Counted from the first letter of the stretch, positions 1 through 8,915 are shown. The stretch is 64,000 nucleotides of DNA from an uncultured Candidatus Saccharibacteria bacterium (GCA_964469335.1 CAYXYK010000001.1:142501-206500), one strand, 5' to 3'. A program made the numbers and translations. Notes: generated by a model not told the origin, from the sequence alone.

Positions 1-1883
1 AATACCTCTACACAGCACTCGACGCCAGCGCGGGGCTCAAGAACAGTATCGATGAGCTCCTCGACCGCCCTGACAGCGAGTGGGCACTTGCTGGCACAAA
101 CAGCAAACGAGACACCGTAGCAAAAGAAGACCGTGAGCGCATCGTGGAAGCCCTGCGAAACATACGAGTACTCGACCCAGCCGTAGGGTCAGGGGCATTC
201 CCAATGGGTGTGCTGCACAAGATCCTCAGCATCTTTGAGCGCCTCGACCCCAACTTTGACTCATACGAAACAAAGCTCTCGATCCTCAGAAACAACATCT
301 ACGGGGTTGATATTGACCCGACAGCTATTGAGATTGCTCGCCTCCGCGCATGGCTCTCAATTATCGTGGACGTGGAAGAGTTGAAAAAGATAAAGCCACT
401 CCCGAACCTCGACTTTAAGTTTGTTTGCGCAAACTCACTGGTTGGACTTACGAGAAGTGCTGCATCATTTACGACCGATGACACCTTAAAGCCAACACTC
501 ATGCGCATTCGCGATGAATACTATGCGACAAGTAGCAAGGTAAAAAAAGAGAAACTCCAAAAAGAATACTTGAAGCTGACTCACAAAGAGAGTCTGTTCG
601 ACTCCGAAGAGACCAAGCAGCTCAAGAGTTACCGTCCATTCGAAGTGGGATCAAGTACTTCGTTTTATGATCCTGAACTTATGCATGGCGTAAGTGTTTT
701 TGATCTCATAATTGGAAACCCACCCTACAATGTTAAGCTTTCTGACTTGGACAAACTCACATACAAAAACAAATATACTTCTGTTAGTTCTGGCAGGCAG
801 GATACCGCGGCAATCTTTGTGCAAGCAGCAAGCGGGTTCGCAAAGAATGATTTTACCATTTCTTTTATCGTGCCCTATCGTCTTTTCTCAAGAAAAAGAA
901 ATCATGGTGCGTTTCAAGAGTACATTTTGGAACATCTGTCGATCGATGAAATAATTTACCTCGGGAAGGATGCTGGGTTTGAGTCTGCAAAAGACGAGTT
1001 TATGGTTGTCTTGCTTAAAAAACCTGACCGAGAAAATTTAGTCAAAATATGCAATAAACCTGACTTTAGAAACCTGAACCAGCTAAATTTTGTATCTGTA
1101 AAACAATCTGTTTTTAGAGAAAACGGAGAAATCAACATAAATTTACTTAAGTACGATGTTGGTATTCTAAAAAAACTTGAGTCTAGTAGCACTCCACTTT
1201 CCTCATTATGTGAGGTAAAAGATGGGATTGTCCCATATATTAGAGAGAAGATGATTAGTTCACAGAAACTAGATAGTCGGTATGTAAAATTCGCGGGAGT
1301 ATCGGGGTGCTATAAGCTTGAACCATATTATTTCCATGCTGATGAAATGTATTTGTGTTACGACATCTCTGAAGCAAAAAAGTACATTACAGACCGTGAA
1401 GAGCTCAGGAAGGTTCAGCTCAGGGATAAATCAATATACCTCCAAGAAGAAAAAATAATTACCTCTCAGAATAGTTCAAGACTTAAGGGCACTATTGATC
1501 GGGAACAGTACTTTGTTTCTAATTCAATTCACAGCACCTATCTTAAAGAAGGATATAAGGACACCCTAGCGCTTGAATTTATTTTGGGTTGTATAAACTC
1601 GTCAGCATTAAATTATTTTTACAATTCAAAAAGACTGAAGGGAGTTGATCTCCATCCTCAAATACTGATCTCCACTCTCAAGACAGTTCCAGTGCCCAAA
1701 CTAGATACACCCGAAAAGGCGGAACTTGGGTCTCGGATCGTACGGTTGGTTAGACAAATTATTGAGAGCAAGAGGGGTGGGAAATCAAATTCGAATGTTC
1801 TTGAAGAAGAGGTTGACGACTTGGTATCCGAGCTATTTGGATTAAACGAAGACGAGGTGAGGATAATCAAAGAAAACAAATGA
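1..1883 (+). CDS. N6-adenine DNA methyltransferase (Eco57I / type IIG-like), 5' partial; the reading frame is open to the window start
   Basis: Frame is open from nt 3. Motif I LDPAVGSGAF at about 168-197; motif IV IGNPPY; start codon used by the ORF track is GTG. The C-terminal half is likely the target-recognition region. Confidence 0.7.
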   Translation, partial: YLYTALDASAGLKNSIDELLDRPDSEWALAGTNSKRDTVAKEDRERIVEALRNIRVLDPAVGSGAFPMGVLHKILSIFERLDPNFDSYETKLSILRNNIYGVDIDPTAIEIARLRAWLSIIVDVEELKKIKPLPNLDFKFVCANSLVGLTRSAASFTTDDTLKPTLMRIRDEYYATSSKVKKEKLQKEYLKLTHKESLFDSEETKQLKSYRPFEVGSSTSFYDPELMHGVSVFDLIIGNPPYNVKLSDLDKLTYKNKYTSVSSGRQDTAAIFVQAASGFAKNDFTISFIVPYRLFSRKRNHGAFQEYILEHLSIDEIIYLGKDAGFESAKDEFMVVLLKKPDRENLVKICNKPDFRNLNQLNFVSVKQSVFRENGEININLLKYDVGILKKLESSSTPLSSLCEVKDGIVPYIREKMISSQKLDSRYVKFAGVSGCYKLEPYYFHADEMYLCYDISEAKKYITDREELRKVQLRDKSIYLQEEKIITSQNSSRLKGTIDREQYFVSNSIHSTYLKEGYKDTLALEFILGCINSSALNYFYNSKRLKGVDLHPQILISTLKTVPVPKLDTPEKAELGSRIVRLVRQIIESKRGGKSNSNVLEEEVDDLVSELFGLNEDEVRIIKENK

Positions 1884-3379
1884 AAGCCGTAATCGTTGCC
1901 AGAGTCTCTACAGAGGAGCAGAAAGAAGCGGGTAGCTCCCTGCCTGCGCAAATCGATCGCATGGAGTCTTATTGCAAGCGTAAGGGGTTTCCGATTATCC
2001 AGTCCTATAGCTTTGACGAGAGTGCGTACGGAACAAAGCGAGATGAGTTCGACAAGATATTGGAGCTGATCGGCAAGTCGAAAGAAAAGCTCGCAATCTG
2101 CTTCGACAAAGTAGACCGCCTCTCTCGAAATATCTTCGACAAGCGCGTACCCCTTCTCTATGAAAAGGCGGTCGCGGGGCAGATCGAGCTCCACTTCGTG
2201 TCAGACGGGCAGATACTCAACGAGTCGGTTTCTGCGGTCGAGAAGTTTCACTTTCAGATCAATCTTGGTCTCGCAAAATACTTCTCTGACGCCATCAGCG
2301 ACAACGTGAAGCGCGTAAACGAGCGCAAACGCAATACTGGGGAGCTCACAGGAAAAGCCCCTATCGGATACAAGAGTAGCAAAGTAGAGGGTAGTCCCCG
2401 AGAGGTCGCCCCCGATCCCCTGCGCGCACCCCTCATTGCACGCGCATTTGAGCTCTACGGGAGCACTAACTACTCAATACAGACACTCCACATACAAATG
2501 ATAAAAGAGGGTCTCGTAGGCATCAACGGCAAGCCAATAGCGCACAGTGTCTTTGCCCGTATCCTGTCGAACCCGTTCTATTACGGAGTCATGCAAAGTA
2601 AGGGCAAGGAATATCCGCATATCTACCAACCCCTCATTTCAGAGATGCTGTTCCGCCGATGCCAAGAGATCCTCAAGAGACGCGCCAAAGCCCCGACAAA
2701 GTACCTCTCAAAGCCCTTCGTCTTTCGTGGTCTGCTTACCTGTGAAAATTGCGGTTGTAGCTACACCCCAGAGCTCCACAAGGGTAGGTTTGTGTACTAC
2801 AGCTGTACCAATGCACGCAGGGTCTGCAAGAAGGTATATGTGAACGAGAAAGATCTTCTGAAGCCGATTTTAAGCGACCTGAGGGCATTAGGAAAGCTTA
2901 GGCAGAAGGACATCGACATGATCACAGTGGACGTGCGCAAACTGAACGAAACGAAGACCTTGTATCTCTCAAACGCAGTTGCGGGACTCCGAAAACAGCA
3001 CGACGATGCTCAGCATCGGATCGACAGACTCATGGATCTTTTTATTGATGCGAGTATTACAAAGGAGGACTATGACAAAAAGCATAAAGAGCTCAGAGAA
3101 AAACAGTATGATCTCGGTATGCAATTGGATGATCACACGAAGGCAGACGAGAACTACCATATTGCCGCTTCTACAGTGCTCAGCTTAGCGAAACGCGCCG
3201 CAGAGATTTTCGAAAGTTCTGAACCAGAGGAAAAGAACGTACTTTTGAATTATCTACTTCAGAACCCGACCGTAAACGGAAAAAACGTAAGCTATGCCTT
3301 ACGTTCTCCCTTCAATGCTATTCTCGAACTTGCTAATTGTCCCTCTGGGGGTGCCTACAGGGATTCGAACCCTGACTGA
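1880..3379 (+). CDS. Large serine recombinase (resolvase/invertase N-terminal domain plus recombinase and zinc-ribbon C-terminal)
   Basis: N-terminus MKAVIVARVSTEEQ with the catalytic Ser; CxxC...CxxC cluster (CENCGCSYT...YYSC); 499 aa; last 34 nt overlap the tRNA-His gene antisense. Confidence 0.8.
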   Translation: MKAVIVARVSTEEQKEAGSSLPAQIDRMESYCKRKGFPIIQSYSFDESAYGTKRDEFDKILELIGKSKEKLAICFDKVDRLSRNIFDKRVPLLYEKAVAGQIELHFVSDGQILNESVSAVEKFHFQINLGLAKYFSDAISDNVKRVNERKRNTGELTGKAPIGYKSSKVEGSPREVAPDPLRAPLIARAFELYGSTNYSIQTLHIQMIKEGLVGINGKPIAHSVFARILSNPFYYGVMQSKGKEYPHIYQPLISEMLFRRCQEILKRRAKAPTKYLSKPFVFRGLLTCENCGCSYTPELHKGRFVYYSCTNARRVCKKVYVNEKDLLKPILSDLRALGKLRQKDIDMITVDVRKLNETKTLYLSNAVAGLRKQHDDAQHRIDRLMDLFIDASITKEDYDKKHKELREKQYDLGMQLDDHTKADENYHIAASTVLSLAKRAAEIFESSEPEEKNVLLNYLLQNPTVNGKNVSYALRSPFNAILELANCPSGGAYRDSNPD

Positions 3380-3422
3380 AAGCTCCACAAGCTTTAGTGC
3401 TAACCATTACACTATAAGCACC
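3346..3422 (-). tRNA. tRNA-His (GUG) with G-1 and encoded CCA
   Basis: Manual fold: G-1, acceptor GTGCTTA/TAGGCAC, anticodon loop TTGTGGA, T-arm CAGGG-TTCGAAT-CCCTG, discriminator C, CCA. Confidence 0.85.
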
Positions 3423-3487
3423 ATGAATGAAAACGCACCTTTCGGTGCTCGAGAGCATAATACCAGAGTTTGACAGGAAATCAAATT

Positions 3488-3913
3488 CTAGAGGATAAAG
3501 CGTTTCTCTTGCTCTGGGTCCATTGTTGGACACACCATCGGCGGCTTCGCGAACAGCTTCTTGCGCAGGTGGGAGACAGTATTATATGCAGCATCACGAA
3601 GGACTTTTGGCACACGGCGCATGAGCGGTGCAAAGCTTGGCCACGGCGCGTCGAGCTTCTCGAAGATGTGGAGAATCGCATCGGTACCGAGCAACATGGT
3701 GCCGTCGGGGAATAGGAGTACGACCTTCTCGATGAGCTCTTTGCGGTCAGCTTCACTGAAGCGCTCAGTGTAGTAACTCCCATCCATCGGAGCGAAGTGG
3801 AAGTAACCGAGGTGATCATGTTTCAAGATGAACTTCACTACCCGATGGCAAAGACCGCATCCTCCGTCGTAGAACAGCACCTCATGAGTATCAGTTGTCG
3901 TTCGTTGCTCCAT
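3488..3913 (-). CDS. DCC-family thiol-disulfide oxidoreductase (DUF393)
   Basis: VLFYDGGCGLCHRVVKF motif; the ORF-track N-terminal extension was trimmed to M at 3913. Confidence 0.6.
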   Translation of the reverse strand: MEQRTTTDTHEVLFYDGGCGLCHRVVKFILKHDHLGYFHFAPMDGSYYTERFSEADRKELIEKVVLLFPDGTMLLGTDAILHIFEKLDAPWPSFAPLMRRVPKVLRDAAYNTVSHLRKKLFAKPPMVCPTMDPEQEKRFIL

Positions 3914-3914
3914 A

Positions 3915-4469
3915 TCAGTAATGAGGTTTCTCTTCACCAATCCCCGCACGGTGGTTCGCGAGGCGAGCGAGCGCATAGAGAAGCGAGGAGAGTCGATTGA
4001 GAAATGCGAAAATCGGCGGTTTTTGCGTATGGTCTTCGATCTCGAGGGCGGCGACCACTCTCCTCTCTGCACGACGTGCCACCGTGCGCGCGACATCACA
4101 GTGAGCACCAAGCTCGGTGCCGCCGGAGACGAAGAAGCTTGTAATCGGAGGTAGCTCCTTCTCGATCGCGGCGATCCAATCTTCGACCTTCTTCACTCGC
4201 GCGTGATCCATTTTCTTGTCCGCACCGGCAAGTTCAGCCTGGACCACAAAAAGGTCTTGTTGCACGTCGGAAAGCAGATCATGGTAAGTCAGGGATTCTA
4301 CCGCGAGCACTTCTTTGCCTTTCATCTTCACGAAGCCGATCAGTGAGTTGATCTCATCGACCGTCCCGAGTGCCTCTGCGATGGCTGAGGATTTCGACAT
4401 GCGCTGATCGCAGCCGAATAGCTTGGTGGTCCCGTTATCTCCTTTTCCTGTATAAAGCATAGCCATCAT
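3915..4469 (-). CDS. PduO-type ATP:cob(I)alamin adenosyltransferase
   Basis: N-terminus YTGKGDNGTTKLFG...GTVDEINSLIGF matches the PduO/MMAB family. Confidence 0.75.
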   Translation of the reverse strand: MMAMLYTGKGDNGTTKLFGCDQRMSKSSAIAEALGTVDEINSLIGFVKMKGKEVLAVESLTYHDLLSDVQQDLFVVQAELAGADKKMDHARVKKVEDWIAAIEKELPPITSFFVSGGTELGAHCDVARTVARRAERRVVAALEIEDHTQKPPIFAFLNRLSSLLYALARLANHRAGIGEEKPHY

Positions 4470-4578
4470 AGTATATCAGAGCGCACCGCACGGTCACGAT
4501 TGACGGAACGTAAAAAGACCCTAGTCTTGATGCAGAATACGTTTTTGCTCTTTCTCATGCTCTCGAAAGGAACACAAC

Positions 4579-5280
4579 ATGGATATCTATGGACGTCGGG
4601 ATTCTGCCCGACTCTACCTTGCGGCGGCGATCGTCACATTCTTCGTGGCTGCCTTTCAGGTCGCTTCCTACTACAAAGGTATTGCGGAAAGCATATCGCT
4701 CTTTGCCGACACCTTCCACGCGTGGAGCGACGGGGTCACGCTGCTTGGCACGGTGCTGCTGCTCTTACTACGCGCTAAGACCAACTTCGCGCGCGAGGAG
4801 CGGATACACAGCGGTTTCACGTACTTCAACATCGCACTCCTCTTTGGCGGAGTCGGGCTCGCTACACACGAACTCTGGGTACATGCCGGCGAAGCGGCCA
4901 CTCCAAACTGGACGGTCGTACTGGTCGCGGCTCTCGGGGGATTCGGAGACTTCCTTGTCTGGCGGATGTTGGTGCGCGTGAAAATCGAGAACATACCCGC
5001 GTCACTTCGGACCAATCATGCCGCCAATGTGCTGCACATCATGCAGGATCTATGGCAGTCAGTCGTTGTCGTCGTGGCCGGCGTCGCGATCCGTTTCGGC
5101 ATTCCATATGTCGACACGGCACTCGGTGCAGTCATCACCTTCCTGATCTTCTGGGAGGGACTCGGACTTGCGTACGAAGAATGGACCGGGCGGCGATTCC
5201 CGTACCACTTCCACCTGTTCGGCGGACACGGCCATCAGCATGGGAACTACCCATGCAAAGGACACAACCACCACCACTGA
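4579..5280 (+). CDS. Cation diffusion facilitator-like membrane protein (transmembrane domain only, His-rich tail)
   Basis: Multi-TM; ADTFHAWSDG motif; C-terminal HGHQHGNYPCKGHNHHH. Confidence 0.45.
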   Translation: MDIYGRRDSARLYLAAAIVTFFVAAFQVASYYKGIAESISLFADTFHAWSDGVTLLGTVLLLLLRAKTNFAREERIHSGFTYFNIALLFGGVGLATHELWVHAGEAATPNWTVVLVAALGGFGDFLVWRMLVRVKIENIPASLRTNHAANVLHIMQDLWQSVVVVVAGVAIRFGIPYVDTALGAVITFLIFWEGLGLAYEEWTGRRFPYHFHLFGGHGHQHGNYPCKGHNHHH

Positions 5281-5310
5281 ACTTCATCCCTCTGTCACTT
5301 CTTTCGACAA

Positions 5311-5339
5311 AGCGGCACCTTACGGGTGCCGCTTTTTTT
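5311..5339 (+). terminator. Rho-independent terminator
   Basis: agcggcacc-ttac-gggtgccgc stem followed by a T7 run. Confidence 0.6.
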
Positions 5340-5352
5340 GTATAATGATGGA

Positions 5353-5850
5353 ATGAAATACATACTCACACTCCTCTTTGGTGCGACGCTCCTCGCTTTT
5401 CCATCGCTTCTTTTCGCCGAGACTGTCATGAGTGACAACTTCGTACTCCGCGATGCCTCGGGTCGCACCACTGCGCAGCTCACCACCTCAGGAGACGGCA
5501 CACCGGCATTCTTCATCTATGACAGCAAGGGAGTCGTGCGAGTCTCTATCGGCCTCTACCCTGACGGGGCTCCCGGTGTCGTCTTGAATGACAGCAAGGG
5601 CCTAGCTGGGGCAATCATGCGCCTTGTCGAGAATAACGGTGAGCCCGTGGTAGTACTTAAGGAAAATGGCCAAGACCGCTATATCATAAGGAAAGATGGT
5701 CCCGATGCCGGAACAACACCGATAACTTCCCCTTTCATGACTGTTCTCGCCACTGCACTCATTTCGATCATCGGCAGTTCACTCATGACACTCTATATAT
5801 TAGGAAAACGACTGCCACCTTCACTCCCCTTGCCCCCACAATCTATTTAG
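5353..5850 (+). CDS. Hypothetical secreted protein with C-terminal TM
   Basis: Signal peptide MKYILTLLFGATLLAFPSLLFA; C-terminal hydrophobic segment. Confidence 0.4.
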   Translation: MKYILTLLFGATLLAFPSLLFAETVMSDNFVLRDASGRTTAQLTTSGDGTPAFFIYDSKGVVRVSIGLYPDGAPGVVLNDSKGLAGAIMRLVENNGEPVVVLKENGQDRYIIRKDGPDAGTTPITSPFMTVLATALISIIGSSLMTLYILGKRLPPSLPLPPQSI

Positions 5851-5889
5851 TTTTAATTTCCTCATCTTTCTGCTAAGCTCTACTGCATT

Positions 5890-5911
5890 GGGCATGTGGC
5901 GGAATTGGTCA
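5890..5911 (+). other. Orphan 5' fragment of a tRNA-Leu-like gene (acceptor 5' strand through D-loop)
   Basis: GGGCATGTGGCGGAATTGGTCA is near-identical to nt 1-22 of the downstream tRNA-Leu. Its acceptor 5' strand GGGCATG pairs with CATGCCC at 6162-6168. Confidence 0.5.
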
Positions 5912-5935
5912 TTTTTGTTTCTTTCTGAACTAAGT

Positions 5936-6017
5936 GGGCGTGTGGCGGAATTGGTATACGCGTACGTCTCAGAAGCGTATCCCGTAAGGGTTGGGAGTTC
6001 GAGTCTCCCCACGCCCA
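5936..6017 (+). tRNA. tRNA-Leu (CAG)
   Basis: Manual fold parallel to E. coli tRNA-Leu: GGGCGTG acceptor, anticodon loop CTCAGAA, long variable arm, GGGAG-TTCGAGT-CTCCC, discriminator A. Confidence 0.85.
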
Positions 6018-6030
6018 CTTAGTTCAGAAT

Positions 6031-6169
6031 GGCGTACGTCTCAGAAGTGTGAGAAGCGAGTATGCGAGCTTCGCAAGACCTTTTGAGAGATTTTCTGAAA
6101 TCTCCAAAAGGTGAACAGCTCCTGTAGGGAGTCCCGTAAGGGTTGGGAGTTCGAGTCTCCCCATGCCCA
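6031..6169 (+). other. tRNA-Leu-like 3' portion (D-stem 3' strand to acceptor 3' end) carrying an 86-nt structured insertion after the anticodon loop
   Basis: GGCGTACGTCTCAGAAG then insertion 6048-6133, then CCCGTAAGGGTTGGGAGTTCGAGTCTCCCCATGCCCA; it lacks its own 5' acceptor strand. Confidence 0.4.
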
Positions 6170-6304
6170 CTCAGTTCAGAATAGTACACACAAAAAACTG
6201 ACTATGGTCAGTTTTTTGATTGATTGGAACATGGATGCATCATGCTGGGCTTCCTTGCTTCTCGTCACCCCTTTCGGTAGGGTGGGAGAAGATATTGGTC
6301 TCAA

Positions 6305-7348
6305 TTGTTCATTCTAAGAGGAGGCAATATGCCAAAAAGGATCCCGAAACCCTTTGCCGACTGTCTGCGCTGTACGAAACAACGACTCCTCACTCCGCGC
6401 AGACTGTGTGCATCGTGCGACACCCGCTACTACAGCTACAAACTGAGACTCAGCAAGGAAGACCCTAACAAGGCTCCTTCGGTCGAAGAATTCATCCTGT
6501 CTGACCCGGCACGCAAAAGTTCCGACCAAAGCGACACCGAACTCTTGCCGACGACCGAGCTCATCCCGGGTTTCATGATCTCAAGCCCTGCGATGCGACA
6601 AGTCGTTCATAAGCTCCAGCGTGCAGCAGCCCGCGATGTCAGCGTACTCATCGTCGGAGAGACGGGTGTCGGCAAGGAGTACGTCGCACGTGCCATCCAT
6701 GACCTCAGCCCACGCAAAGGACGACCGTTCGTGACGATCGACAGCCCGAGCCTCACTCCGGACCTCGCTTCAAGCGAATTGTTCGGGCACGAGCCCGGTG
6801 CCTTCACCGGCGCAAGGGCAGCGACACACGGATTGTTCGGTCAAGCGGACGGCGGGACGGTCTTCCTCGACGAACTCTCGGCACTTCAGATGGACATCCA
6901 ACCGAAACTCCTGCGTGCGCTCGAGTCCAAGACCATCCGCAGAGTCGGTGGCTGTGCCGACAAGAACATCGACGTACGAATGATCTCCGCGACGAATGTG
7001 CCGCTGCGTACCCTTGTCGAAGACCGCCGCTTTCGCCCTGACCTCCTGTACCGACTGAACGTGTTCCCCATCACCATCCCGCCGCTGCGGGAGCGTCGGA
7101 CGGATATCGCGATCCTTGCGGAACGTTTTCTTTTCCAGTTCGAAGGAGGAGCGGTCACGCTCTCAGCTGCGGCAACGAATGCGCTCAATGCCTATCCGTG
7201 GCCAGGGAATGTGCGAGAACTCTACCACGCGATCCAGTACGCGACCATCATGCAAGAGGGCGGGGTCATCACCAAAGATCACCTGCCCGAAGAGGTGCTC
7301 TTCCCGGAGCGGGCACTGCTTGAACCTGTCACAGCCAATTTCCACTGA
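6305..7348 (+). CDS. Sigma-54-interaction-domain AAA+ protein (bEBP-like) with N-terminal CxxC zinc ribbon and no C-terminal HTH
   Basis: Walker A GETGVGKE; ELFGHEPGAFTGA (GAFTGA motif); no Fis-type HTH at the C-terminus. Confidence 0.7.
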   Translation: MFILRGGNMPKRIPKPFADCLRCTKQRLLTPRRLCASCDTRYYSYKLRLSKEDPNKAPSVEEFILSDPARKSSDQSDTELLPTTELIPGFMISSPAMRQVVHKLQRAAARDVSVLIVGETGVGKEYVARAIHDLSPRKGRPFVTIDSPSLTPDLASSELFGHEPGAFTGARAATHGLFGQADGGTVFLDELSALQMDIQPKLLRALESKTIRRVGGCADKNIDVRMISATNVPLRTLVEDRRFRPDLLYRLNVFPITIPPLRERRTDIAILAERFLFQFEGGAVTLSAAATNALNAYPWPGNVRELYHAIQYATIMQEGGVITKDHLPEEVLFPERALLEPVTANFH

Positions 7349-7372
7349 TCCTTTGCCGCCCTCGGGCGGCTT

Positions 7373-8128
7373 TCATTTTTCCTTTGATTCTTTCCAGAGT
7401 AGTTCGAACTGGGCTTTCTGCAGTCTCGCGAAGTCCTTACTGTGAACAATGAACCCATATAATTCTTCGTGCGAGGCAATGAATGCGACCTTGTCGCCAT
7501 AGAGCGTGTATCCCATCTCCGGCGCAAATCCGCGCGGAGCGAAACGTCGCTCTACCTTGAAATCTCCTCCTTTCCAGATCCGCTCCTTTCCCTTCGGTCG
7601 ATCGGTCCACACCGTGCGCAGTGATATCTTTTGGCGGATACGTTTTCGGTTGAACTCCTCTAGCGTCTCTTCGCCAAGAACGCGCAGCATCTCATGATAA
7701 GGCCACACCGAAACTATCTCCATCGCACCTGACCAAAGGAAGTCGCCCAAGAGCTGTCTGAGCCCGTCCTTTGCTTCATAGAATTTTATCTTCGGCTCTA
7801 CTGATTCGATGTTTTTAATGAGTGTGTCACGTTCGGAAAGGAGCGTCTTTGCGAGAGTACTAACGCGCTGCTCCCGCTCTTTCACAAGTCGCACCAGATC
7901 ATCGACACCACTTACCGCAAACACCTTCTTGCCGTCCTGCTCAAGAAGTGCGACCACTCCTGCTTCGATGAGCGGTGCGACATGGTCATATACCGACGGA
8001 CGCGGCAGTGAGAGTCGTTCTGCGATCAGTCGAGCGCTCGATGCTCCATGCTCCGCGAGGAAGAGGTACACCCTCCGCGAGGGAAGCGGCAATGCGAGTT
8101 CTTTAAGTGTTTGGTCGAGAATATTCAT
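7373..8128 (-). CDS. TrmB-family transcriptional regulator
   Basis: N-terminal wHTH (LFLAEHGASSARLIAERLSLPRPSVYDHV) plus C-terminal TrmB-like domain; start trimmed to MNILD. Confidence 0.55.
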   Translation of the reverse strand: MNILDQTLKELALPLPSRRVYLFLAEHGASSARLIAERLSLPRPSVYDHVAPLIEAGVVALLEQDGKKVFAVSGVDDLVRLVKEREQRVSTLAKTLLSERDTLIKNIESVEPKIKFYEAKDGLRQLLGDFLWSGAMEIVSVWPYHEMLRVLGEETLEEFNRKRIRQKISLRTVWTDRPKGKERIWKGGDFKVERRFAPRGFAPEMGYTLYGDKVAFIASHEELYGFIVHSKDFARLQKAQFELLWKESKEK

Positions 8129-8225
8129 ATTTGTCGAGATTCGTCGACAATATAACAAATCTTAACTGTTATGGAAAGATGGTCACAGTCGTTCCTTTCC
8201 CAACCGCCAACATGAGGAGATCATC

Positions 8226-8756
8226 ATGGCACGCAAGCAGTCGCTCGTTTCTGTCCCGACCAACCTCTCCGAGCTCAACGCGCGCATCGCGCTCGTCGGC
8301 TCACTCACCCGCGATCTCGAAGTGGCCCGTGCCGCTGAAGAAGAAGCGGTCGCGAAGATCAAGGCCGCCTCGGCCGTCGTGCTCGCACCGCTGGCGGAGC
8401 GCATCGCCCGCGAGATGAGCGGAATCGAGAAGTTCGCGACCGCGAACCGCACTTCCCTCCTCGCCGAGGGCATGAAGTCGGTGTCGCTCTCGGCCGGCCG
8501 GATCGGCTGGCGCATGACGCCGCTGCGCGTCTCGTTCATGAAGAAGGGTGCCGAGAAAGCCCTCGCCTTCCTCAAGGCCAATCGGATGAAGAAGTACCTC
8601 CGGGTGATCACCGAGATCAACAAGGAAGCACTCCTTGCCGACCAGCCGGTCGTCGACGGCGTTTCGTACAAGCAGCAAGACGAGTTCTTCGTCGAGCCGA
8701 ATGCCGAGCCCACCCGTGTGGAAGCGATCGGTGAGGCGATCATGGTCTCCAAGTGA
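8226..8756 (+). CDS. gam: Phage Mu Gam-like protein (host-nuclease inhibitor / Ku-like DNA end-binding)
   Basis: C-terminal region WRMTPLRVSFMKKG...RVITEINKEALLADQPVVDGVSYKQQDEFFVEP aligns with Mu Gam WRVRPPSVSIRG...RTKQEINKEAILLEPK. Confidence 0.7.
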   Translation: MARKQSLVSVPTNLSELNARIALVGSLTRDLEVARAAEEEAVAKIKAASAVVLAPLAERIAREMSGIEKFATANRTSLLAEGMKSVSLSAGRIGWRMTPLRVSFMKKGAEKALAFLKANRMKKYLRVITEINKEALLADQPVVDGVSYKQQDEFFVEPNAEPTRVEAIGEAIMVSK

Positions 8757-8760
8757 GACG

Positions 8761-8787
8761 AAGCCCCGCAGTAGCGGGGCTTTTTTA
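8761..8787 (+). terminator. Rho-independent terminator after gam
   Basis: aagccccgc-agta-gcggggc followed by a T6 run. Confidence 0.7.
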
Positions 8788-8915
8788 TAGTCGAGTGAGG
8801 ATTTGGTCACGGATAATTTCCTCGAATCGTCTTTCAAATCCAGGATTTGAAGCTTACAGCTTCAGTACACCCTTCGTGTCGTACTCGCTTCGCTTCGTGC
8901 GATATACTCAGGGTC

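Noticed and set aside
3481-4111. Overlapping ORFs 3481-3819 (-) and the 5' extension of 3488-4111 (-)
   Set aside because: The DCC-family homology starts at MEQRTTT (3913), immediately after the PduO gene stop. The longer ORFs are frame shadows and extensions.
8301-8837. ORF 8301-8837 (-, 178 aa) antisense to gam
   Set aside because: It is antisense within a well-supported Gam-like gene in a GC-rich region, has no motif, and is likely a shadow ORF.
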